Shown: positions 1 through 6,750, counted from the first letter of the stretch. The stretch: 10,717 nt of DNA from Candidatus Thorarchaeota archaeon (GCA_048882325.1 JBHLRS010000056.1:6375-17091); one strand, 5' to 3'. Translations and numbers: made by a program. The notes: generated by a model from the letters alone, not told the origin.

Positions 1-1496
1 GCCATGAGACCCTGCGCCCAGTCATTCCCAGTTGGCAAGAACGCGCAGATGGCGAACTCGATGTCCATGACTGGGATGACATCGATGAACTGCCGGACTT
101 CGAGAAATGCCTCCTCGACATCTGAGATAGATGCAAGATCGAAGTCTCCCATGACGGAGTCGCGCATGAAGGTCTCGAAGGGTTCTTTGTCTATCTCAAA
201 GTCGGGCAGTAGCTTGACCCGGAGGACCGCACCGAAACTAGCGAAGTTAGAACCGAGATTGATAGGTGTGCCTAGTCTGAAGAGAAACACCGGTACAAGT
301 CCTGCCAGGTCAGTCTGGACTGGAGTATTGATGACTCTATCAAAGAACTTCCCAATGTATCTGTCGACATCATACCATGCATCTAGTATCAACTCTTCTA
401 ACTGATACCAGAGCTCGAACATCTGGCTCGGGAGAAGTTCTGGAACCAACGCATTGAAGTCATAGTCCGTCATATTGAATCCTTCACCATTGAACCAGTC
501 CTGAATCTCCTTCCTTGCGTCATCCACCAAGTCGATGAAGTGGTTGTTGATCTCCTCAGCCGCATCGACATGTATGGCCAAGTCTTGGAATCCCAGGTCA
601 ATCAGTGAACCAAGAACGGTATCTAAGAGCCAACCAATCGGTCCTCCAATGCCACTCTCGATAGACATATCCTTGAGGGCGATGTAGTTTTCTTCGACAG
701 CAGGTACTCCGAGGCGCATGACTGGTTCTAGCTCCCTCCCCTCGTCGTCAAGCTGCTTTTCCTCGGTGATCCATGACTCTGTGAGATTGGGGTCTGTGAT
801 TGGTTCAGGCACCCTTTCTCCAGTGTACTCTTCAGGGATTATCCCCTTTGAGAAATACTCGTTGATGTTCTCTGAAAAGTCACGAAGGACAGTTTCCCGG
901 AGGTTCTCCCCAGTTTCTTGCCATGCATTCGTTTCCGCCATGGACATTGTGTCAGCAATGGTCCAGACGACGAACAGCCTGCCAAGACGGACATCTAAGA
1001 CATCAGAGTCATCGACAAAGAGGTTTGTTGCATCATCAAGGTAGGTCCTGAGATTTATCGCACTCCCCACACCAAAGATGTGATTGATTGCTGGATGTTG
1101 ATCAATGGTCTCAGCGACCTTCTCCCATGATACTGGTTCATCATGAATAAGAATTCCAGCCTGTGAACTCTCGAAATAGTACACTGCATAGTCAGGTCTC
1201 AACCGAAGCATGTGACTCTCAAGCTGTTCGACCGCTTGCACATCAAAGGTCTCGACTAAAATCCCACTCTCAATCAAAGTGACGACCGTGCTTGGGACCA
1301 TGCCCTTTACTTCTTCAGCTGAGCTGTCATAGTAGATATGCACCTTCACAGGTCTTACCGGAACCTCTTGCCTGGTCTCCACAGTTTTGGGTAATGAAAC
1401 CGCGGACACAGGGAAAAACAACGACGAGCTCACCAGCATCATCAGTGCAAGGAGTACAGCACCCCTTCTCAGCACTATCTTCTTGTTATACTGCAA
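1..1496 (-). CDS. Large secreted/cell-surface acidic protein of unknown function, N-terminal 498 aa (continues past the left window edge)
   Basis: Manual translation of the minus strand gives a stop-free frame from TTG at 1496 to base 1: MQYNKKIVLRRGAVLLALMMLVSSSLFFPVSA|VSLPKTVETRQEVPVRPVKVHIYYDSS...ICAFLPTGNDWAQGLM. GGAGG RBS (1508-1504) lies 7 nt upstream. It has a basic n-region, a hydrophobic h-region and a VSA cleavage-like site, and the mature part is D/E-rich. Absent from the ORF track because there is no stop codon in the window. Confidence 0.9.
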   Translation of the reverse strand, partial: MQYNKKIVLRRGAVLLALMMLVSSSLFFPVSAVSLPKTVETRQEVPVRPVKVHIYYDSSAEEVKGMVPSTVVTLIESGILVETFDVQAVEQLESHMLRLRPDYAVYYFESSQAGILIHDEPVSWEKVAETIDQHPAINHIFGVGSAINLRTYLDDATNLFVDDSDVLDVRLGRLFVVWTIADTMSMAETNAWQETGENLRETVLRDFSENINEYFSKGIIPEEYTGERVPEPITDPNLTESWITEEKQLDDEGRELEPVMRLGVPAVEENYIALKDMSIESGIGGPIGWLLDTVLGSLIDLGFQDLAIHVDAAEEINNHFIDLVDDARKEIQDWFNGEGFNMTDYDFNALVPELLPSQMFELWYQLEELILDAWYDVDRYIGKFFDRVINTPVQTDLAGLVPVFLFRLGTPINLGSNFASFGAVLRVKLLPDFEIDKEPFETFMRDSVMGDFDLASISDVEEAFLEVRQFIDVIPVMDIEFAICAFLPTGNDWAQGLM

Positions 1497-1524
1497 TCAA
1501 TCTCCTCCGGGAAAAATAGGCATG

Positions 1525-1642
1525 ATTGCTGGGATGTGACCAACGGCCGGATTTCTTCTATACGATGAGAAACTCTGCACATCGTTCGTCATTGAAATGG
1601 CTGACGAACTCCGTATGCGAACCATCGTCATCTCCCAACAAT
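1525..1642 (-). ncRNA. Candidate structured 5' leader / cis-regulatory RNA upstream of the secreted protein gene
   Basis: Minus-strand pairings: AUUGUUGGGA/UCCCAGCAAU (10 bp), UGAC/GUCA, GAUGGUU/GGCCGUU, enclosing AUAC/GUAU, GUUCGUCA/UGACGAAC (8 bp) and GAUG/CAUC. The G-U pairs work only on the minus (sense) strand. Folded by hand, no family match recognised. Confidence 0.45.
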
Positions 1643-1674
1643 TAACTATTGTGAACTTTAAGATTTGTCAGATG

Positions 1675-1689
1675 CTTATAACTATTGTT
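1675..1689 (-). promoter_or_regulatory. Putative TATA box (TTATAAG) with A-rich upstream BRE-like sequence for the leftward transcript
   Basis: Minus strand reads AACAATAG-TTATAAG. Typical archaeal spacing would put the start near 1650, just before the folded leader. Confidence 0.45.
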
Positions 1690-1731
1690 AATTGATGTGA
1701 ATTACTAGAAATTCCCCAAGCTTGCGTAATA

Positions 1732-1772
1732 TGGATATTTTATATAGGGTGTCCAATATATAGGGCTTCCAA
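1732..1772 (+). promoter_or_regulatory. Nitroreductase operon promoter: TATA box (TTTTATATA, 1738-1746) with overlapping inverted and tandem repeats
   Basis: TTTTATATA lies ~30 nt upstream of ATG 1776. TGGATA-N12-TGTCCA brackets it. A 16-bp tandem repeat TATATAGGGTGTCCAA / TATATAGGGCTTCCAA occupies 1741-1756 and 1757-1772. Confidence 0.6.
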
Positions 1773-1775
1773 TAC

Positions 1776-2405
1776 ATGGTGATTATCATGACAAAGACAT
1801 CACCTCTAACATCAAAGGAAAGTCGCTCTAATAGGACAGGAACGGACACTGAGAATGAGACCTTCTTCGAGGTTGTCAGACGGCGAAGGAGCGTTCGCAA
1901 GTATAAGGACGAAGAGATTCCTGATGAAGACATTCGCCGGATGATTGAAGCAGCGCGATTGGCGCCCTCAACAAACAACACACAACCCTGGCAGTACGTG
2001 GCTGTGAAGGACCCTGAAACCATCAAGCTGCTTAGGCTGGTCGCAGGTAATCAGAGGTTTATTGAGAATTCCAAGGCTGTAATCATCGCGCTAGCGAACA
2101 AAGCAGCAGGTTGCTGCCCTGGTAATCCCTCAATGTGGCATGTGCTTGACACAATGATTGCAACAGAGCATGTTGTCTTGGCTGCGACAGCTCTGGGATA
2201 TGGTTCATGTTGGGTGGCAATGCTGGACTCACGCAACACACAGAGCATCGCAATGGTGAAGCATGCTCTTCGAATCCCAGATTCCGCTGATATCGTAGCA
2301 CTGGTGACACTTGGTGTCCCTGATGAAATCCCACCTCCAAAACAGACTAGGAGCCTGAATGACATAGCTTTCTCCGAGGCATATGGTTACGGTCTGAGCG
2401 CATAA
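1776..2405 (+). CDS. Nitroreductase family protein (FMN-dependent)
   Basis: Motifs RRRRSVRKY, AARLAPSTNNTQPW, LAATALGYGSCWV and LVTLGVP. The true start may be ATG 1788, which has GGTGA at 1778-1782. Confidence 0.95.
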   Translation: MVIIMTKTSPLTSKESRSNRTGTDTENETFFEVVRRRRSVRKYKDEEIPDEDIRRMIEAARLAPSTNNTQPWQYVAVKDPETIKLLRLVAGNQRFIENSKAVIIALANKAAGCCPGNPSMWHVLDTMIATEHVVLAATALGYGSCWVAMLDSRNTQSIAMVKHALRIPDSADIVALVTLGVPDEIPPPKQTRSLNDIAFSEAYGYGLSA

Positions 2406-2424
2406 CACTCTGGAGTGGCAAAAG

Positions 2425-2952
2425 ATGAAGGAAGAGGTCAGAGGGAACATACTGAGTCCTCTACCAGTTGCACTAGTCGGAGCTATGGTGAATGGTAGAC
2501 CTAATTATCTGGTGATCGGGTATATCTCACCTTTCAACTTCGGAAAACATGTTTTCTTCAGTCTGTATAAGAAACGATACACGAGGATTGGGATACATGA
2601 GAACAAGACATTCAGTGTGAACATCCCATCTGAGTCACTCATGGAGCAGACACAGATCTGCGGTAGTAAGTCAGGTCGCGACTTTGACAAATCAGTCCTG
2701 TTTGACAACTTCTTTGGCGACCTAGAAACTGCTCCTATGATTCGAGAGTGTTCGTTGAACATGGAGTGTGAAGTGACTGAGATACTCGACTATGATCAAA
2801 ACGAGGGGATCATTGGAAGAGTTGTGAAGTCGTATGTTGATGCAGAGCTCCTGGATGATGGCAAGGTGGACATGAGGAATGTTCATCCATTTGTGTGGGC
2901 GACAGCTGGTGACTTCAACTACTACCAGCTTGGGGACCGGATAGGTGATTGA
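2425..2952 (+). CDS. Flavin reductase / flavoredoxin-like FMN-binding split-barrel protein
   Basis: PLPVALVGA...GRPN, FSVNIPS, CGSKSGRDFDK, APMIRECSLNMEC and IIGRVV are typical of flavoredoxin-type proteins. It starts 19 nt after the nitroreductase and is probably co-transcribed. Confidence 0.92.
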   Translation: MKEEVRGNILSPLPVALVGAMVNGRPNYLVIGYISPFNFGKHVFFSLYKKRYTRIGIHENKTFSVNIPSESLMEQTQICGSKSGRDFDKSVLFDNFFGDLETAPMIRECSLNMECEVTEILDYDQNEGIIGRVVKSYVDAELLDDGKVDMRNVHPFVWATAGDFNYYQLGDRIGD

Positions 2953-2989
2953 CCGGGATAATACGATTCGAGTGAAAAGAAAACAATCT

Positions 2990-3112
2990 GGAAAGCCCAA
3001 GATAGGTAGGTCTTGTCTATACACCAACAAACTAGCTGATGTTGACATGTCTGTGCTAAGAGAAATCATTGAAAAACCAGTGGAGAAGGTGATTTCAGAG
3101 AGGGGTCGATAG
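2990..3112 (+). pseudogene. C-terminal remnant of a DUF1801 (YdhG-like) gene
   Basis: Translates as GKPKIGRSCLYTNKLADVDMSVLREIIEKPVEKVISERGR*, matching the DUF1801 C-terminal pattern GKxKxGKSCLYxxKLxDVDxxVLxxxI as I recall it. There is no room for the N-terminal portion before the flavin reductase stop. Confidence 0.75.
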
Positions 3113-3128
3113 ACGACACTCCAAGCCG

Positions 3129-3935
3129 TTAACCAAACGAGTACACAGCCTCCCTACTGAATAGGAAGAAAGCAGCAACTGCTCCCATCATAAGAATCCC
3201 TAAGGAGTAGATGCTGACCATTGAAAGGAAGAGGGCAAGGTATGAGCCAGAGGTCGAAACGATGAGTGCTTCATAAGCCCATGGTTTTTTCCTGATGATA
3301 GCGTACAACGCGAGAATGTCAACTGCAAGGAGTGCTAAAGCATGTTCATTTGCTATTCCCATCCAATGATATCGGAATGAGAATATGTACACAGTAGCGA
3401 TGGTGAAGGCTAATACCTTGATGGCATGAGTCACTGTTACAATCTTTGCATCATTGCTTGCTGAAAATCCGGCGTATCTTCTCTTCAGATAATCGTTTGT
3501 TCGAATTCCAGATATGAAGATGAGTGCGGCCTCAGCCAGAGAAAGAACTGCAAATCCAACTGCAAAAAGTAGTAATGCAACTCCAAGAAGATATCCTGGA
3601 GAAAGATAGACCAGACTGATCTCAAATGTAATCAGACCTAGGGTCCAGATGAATGCTGTATCTTCTCCTCGCCAAATTCTGCGCAAGAATCTTAGCTCCA
3701 AGACTACAACAAGGAGAGAAGGATACACAGAGAGGATCGGATATCCAATGGGACTTAGAGCTGGATAATAGCCATACCAGTCTCTCACGGATTCTAGAAA
3801 GCTGTTCAAGTACATAGTATAGGAGATGTGCGTTACCACCGGAAGTGATGCAAACATGATTACCCTCGACAGGTGCACTAGTTTAGTCAGTAACAGCCTG
3901 TCTGAGTGCTTCTCAGTCGCTTCCATCGTCTCCAC
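3129..3935 (-). CDS. Polytopic membrane protein of unknown function (about 7-8 TM helices)
   Basis: 268-aa ORF with repeated long hydrophobic segments. GAGGA lies upstream of the GTG start; ATG 3926 is an alternative start. Confidence 0.85.
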   Translation of the reverse strand: METMEATEKHSDRLLLTKLVHLSRVIMFASLPVVTHISYTMYLNSFLESVRDWYGYYPALSPIGYPILSVYPSLLVVVLELRFLRRIWRGEDTAFIWTLGLITFEISLVYLSPGYLLGVALLLFAVGFAVLSLAEAALIFISGIRTNDYLKRRYAGFSASNDAKIVTVTHAIKVLAFTIATVYIFSFRYHWMGIANEHALALLAVDILALYAIIRKKPWAYEALIVSTSGSYLALFLSMVSIYSLGILMMGAVAAFFLFSREAVYSFG

Positions 3936-4034
3936 CCGTCAATCCTCTTGGCTACGGGTGAAATCAATTTTGCTGTGTAACTCGGCATACAAATTACGCA
4001 GCAATCTCTCATTGAAGAGGACAATGCACATTGC

Positions 4035-4376
4035 CTAAGTTATCCTGTGCTCCTCAGTCCATTGCGATGTCTTCCAAGAGTCAGGGACAACAATCGTGAG
4101 AAACTCGTCCCTCCACGAGCTCAGTTCAGAATCAGTTTCCATTCTTTTGTTTATGGCGACTAGGAATCCATTGAAATCCTCGATATGCTCATACTGATCA
4201 AGATACATCCAATTCTCAACATCAGACTCCTCATCTACCATTTTGAAGAATCTCGACTCAATGTAACACCAGAGATCTCTGTCAGACTTCTGCATCCTAA
4301 TTGATTTGTTCAATAGCTCAAGGTGTTTCTTGCTATCCTTCTTTGATACCTGCCATTGTGCTAAGATGTAGACCAT
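4035..4376 (-). CDS. Small hypothetical protein, possibly dimeric alpha/beta barrel (ABM/DUF1428-like fold)
   Basis: 113 aa with GGTGA RBS upstream of ATG. The beta-alpha-beta-beta-alpha-beta pattern (VYILAQWQV; WMYLDQYEHIEDF) resembles ferredoxin-like dimeric barrels. The fold call is inference. Confidence 0.75.
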   Translation of the reverse strand: MVYILAQWQVSKKDSKKHLELLNKSIRMQKSDRDLWCYIESRFFKMVDEESDVENWMYLDQYEHIEDFNGFLVAINKRMETDSELSSWRDEFLTIVVPDSWKTSQWTEEHRIT

Positions 4377-4538
4377 CAGTAATCACCACGCGAATAGGTG
4401 GACATCATCAATCGCTCTATATGAATGACTCTACTTGCAGAAGCTCCAGATGTCACTAAGAATGAACAAAAATCACGTATGGTAGGCAGTGCGATAGTCG
4501 ATTCGTTTAAGTTCCAGCATTGAACTCCCTAATGAGTT

Positions 4539-5213
4539 GTGCCAGCGATGAATACTTTTGTCATTCTTCCATATGTGAAGCGACGCCAGCTTCCCAAAGA
4601 GTTTCATGATGATGATAATAGAACTCCCGAATCTCTAGTAGAGTACTTCATCCATCATTTCACAAAACCTGGTGACCTTGTTTTTGATCCCTTTGCTGGT
4701 CTAGGGACGACCTTGTTTACTGCTGAGGAGATGGGTCGTATCCCTTTTGGGATTGAAGCAAACGAACAACGGTTTGAGTATATCCGCTCACAACTGGTCC
4801 TGAAAGACAACATAGTCTTCGGAGACAATCGCATGCTTGATGAGTTCGACCTGCCAAGCATCGATTTTGTCTTCACATCACCTATCTTCATGCGATGTGA
4901 TGAAACAAAGAATCCACTCTCAGGGTACAAAGAGGATGGGACATATGAGACCTATCTAGTTCAGATTCAGGACGTATTTCGCAAACTGCGAGATTTCCTT
5001 AAACCTGAAGCAAAGGTGGTTGTCGAGGTCTTTAATTTGGCCGCCACAAGTAAAAGGCCTTCGACGTTTTTGGCCTGGGACATTGCTCGGTCAATATCCG
5101 GAGTACTGAAATTCGAGAAAGAAATCATTGCGTGTTGGCAGGGCACAGATCGTGGTGAATGCCCGATATTCGGCTATAATCACAGCTATTGCCTTATGTA
5201 TAGCTCAGAATGA
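4539..5213 (+). CDS. Orphan SAM-dependent amino-methyltransferase (N4/N6 DNA methylase / Trm11-like)
   Basis: SAM-binding motif I VFDPFAGLGTT precedes a motif IV-like IDFVFTSPIF, followed by LKPEAKVVV. TATA-like TTTAAG at 4507-4512. The start may be ATG 4548. Confidence 0.88.
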   Translation: MPAMNTFVILPYVKRRQLPKEFHDDDNRTPESLVEYFIHHFTKPGDLVFDPFAGLGTTLFTAEEMGRIPFGIEANEQRFEYIRSQLVLKDNIVFGDNRMLDEFDLPSIDFVFTSPIFMRCDETKNPLSGYKEDGTYETYLVQIQDVFRKLRDFLKPEAKVVVEVFNLAATSKRPSTFLAWDIARSISGVLKFEKEIIACWQGTDRGECPIFGYNHSYCLMYSSE

Positions 5214-5215
5214 AA

Positions 5216-5277
5216 ATGATGTTCCCGATAAGTGACCTGAGAAACCCTTGAACGGATGATTATTAACCAACTTCTGA
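5216..5277 (+). ncRNA. Candidate box C/D guide sRNA
   Basis: ATGATGT (C, 5216-5222), 14-nt guide, CTGA (D', 5237-5240), 15-nt spacer, ATGATTA (C', 5256-5262), 11-nt guide, CTGA (D, 5274-5277); 62 nt, fully intergenic. No target confirmed. Confidence 0.35.
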
Positions 5278-5313
5278 CACTAGACTCCGAGTGGTTCGAC
5301 ATTAGGGGTTGTC

Positions 5314-6750
5314 TTGATGAACCGACGCGGTCTACTTGTATCTACATCTGTTGTGCTTGCTGTTTTATTGGTGTCCCTCCTCTACCTAGCATCACAGGGA
5401 TTCTGGAATAGAACGACTGATTCTACACCTGACATGATCATTCACAATGGCCCCATCCTGACCATGGAACAGTCCCCTACTCAGGTCGAGGCAGTAGCCA
5501 TCCAGGGTGAGTATATTACCGCTGCAGGTGATGCGAATGATATCCTTCCGACTGCAGGACCGAACACCCAGATCATAGACCTTGAAGGTCGAACACTTCT
5601 ACCTGGTTTTATTGATGCTCACTCTCACCATATAGGTGATCGGAGTTACGTGAATCAATCAACTGCTGATGAAGTGATTGAGTCAGTACTCAGCTCTGGA
5701 TGGACTAGTATCTCAGAATTGTTTGTGAATCAAGAACGCTTGGATGAACTTATAGAGCTGGACCAACAGGACAACCTTCGCATTCGCGTCAATGCGTATC
5801 TCCCGCTGAGCTGGCAGTTCGACAGGTTTGGCAATTGGTATCAGGCTTATCAACCTGGACAAGAATACAGTTCAAAGTTGAGGATAGCTGGTGTAAAGAT
5901 CTTCATGGACAGCTGGTATACCAATTGGTTACACTTCTTCGACCAGACTGAATTAGACACTTTGGTACAACAAGTTCATGATGAGGGCTACCAGATAGCC
6001 ATCCATAGCGTGGTTGACAATGCTACAGACATCGTTCTGAATTCCCTCGAATCAGCCCTAGGAGGAGAATCAAATGAACTCTATCGTCACCGAATCGAGC
6101 ACCTCGTCCTTCTTAGAGACGACCAGATACAGCGATTGGCTGACCTAGGAATCATCGCATCTTTCCAAATGACATGGGTCAATTCAGACTGGAAGGAAGC
6201 AATATCATGGCCAGTTTTGCAGAACTACTCACACCTCGCAGGTAGATGGAGAGATATTCTTGAAGCAGGGATACCATCTCAGGGAAGTACAGATTTTCCG
6301 TGGTTGCTGGGATATTTGAATCGTTCAGCAATGTTTGCAGTTTCTAGTGCGATCACCAGGGTCGGTGGACTCGGGCTCACGCCCACAGATTGGATGTTAA
6401 ATCAGACTATTAGTGTGGAACAAGCGCTACAGCTCCTTACGATTGATGCAGCCTATGGCACGTTTCAGGAGACCATCAAGGGGAGCATCAAGGCGGGAAA
6501 ATTCGCGGATTTGGTAATTCTCTCAGACAATCCGCTGACAGTTCCAGAAAACACGCTTGCTGACATCAAGATCCTAAAGACAATGGTTGGAGGGGTCGTC
6601 GAGTACACCGCTCCCGGATATCAGCCCATGTCAAGTACCAATGTCACTGCTGGTTCCGTGATTCACTTAGTCTATTATGCATCTCCACAATTTCTCTCTT
6701 CATCTCGTCCGAGAACTCAACAACCAACTCGTCCTTCATCTCCTGTGTGA
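5314..6750 (+). CDS. YtcJ-like metal-dependent amidohydrolase (amidohydrolase 3) with N-terminal signal/anchor
   Basis: IIDLEGRTLLPGFIDAHSH (HxH), GVKIFMD, QIAIHSV, HRIEH, GSTDFP, GSIKAGKFADLVILS and TMVGG. N-terminal NRRGLL is followed by a hydrophobic helix. Confidence 0.93.
   Translation: MMNRRGLLVSTSVVLAVLLVSLLYLASQGFWNRTTDSTPDMIIHNGPILTMEQSPTQVEAVAIQGEYITAAGDANDILPTAGPNTQIIDLEGRTLLPGFIDAHSHHIGDRSYVNQSTADEVIESVLSSGWTSISELFVNQERLDELIELDQQDNLRIRVNAYLPLSWQFDRFGNWYQAYQPGQEYSSKLRIAGVKIFMDSWYTNWLHFFDQTELDTLVQQVHDEGYQIAIHSVVDNATDIVLNSLESALGGESNELYRHRIEHLVLLRDDQIQRLADLGIIASFQMTWVNSDWKEAISWPVLQNYSHLAGRWRDILEAGIPSQGSTDFPWLLGYLNRSAMFAVSSAITRVGGLGLTPTDWMLNQTISVEQALQLLTIDAAYGTFQETIKGSIKAGKFADLVILSDNPLTVPENTLADIKILKTMVGGVVEYTAPGYQPMSSTNVTAGSVIHLVYYASPQFLSSSRPRTQQPTRPSSPV

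Noticed and set aside
4-1519. Plus-strand ORFs 4..405, 718..1044 and 1292..1519
   Set aside because: Ser-rich antisense shadows of the long minus-strand gene, with no RBS or motifs.
1601-1625. CTGACGA...GAAC resembling a hammerhead ribozyme core
   Set aside because: The GAAA element is imperfect, the intervening bases do not form stem II, and CTGACGA is better explained as an arm of the 8-bp hairpin.
1741-1772. Tandem repeat as a CRISPR remnant or mobile-element end
   Set aside because: Only two adjacent 16-bp units with no spacer, and no cas, transposase or integrase genes in the window.
1688-3069. Minus-strand ORFs 1688..2026, 2051..2365, 2083..2340, 2229..2450, 2505..2762 and 2722..3069
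   Set aside because: Antisense to well-supported nitroreductase and flavin reductase genes and the DUF1801 relic, with no protein motifs.
4539-5213. Restriction-modification or defence system around the methyltransferase
   Set aside because: No nuclease, specificity subunit, ATPase or other defence gene is recognisable nearby.
2950-6750. TGA stops (2950, 5211, 6748) as possible selenocysteine codons
   Set aside because: Each falls at or after the natural domain end, none aligns to a catalytic Cys, and the first two are followed by another stop within three codons. No SECIS-like element was recognised.
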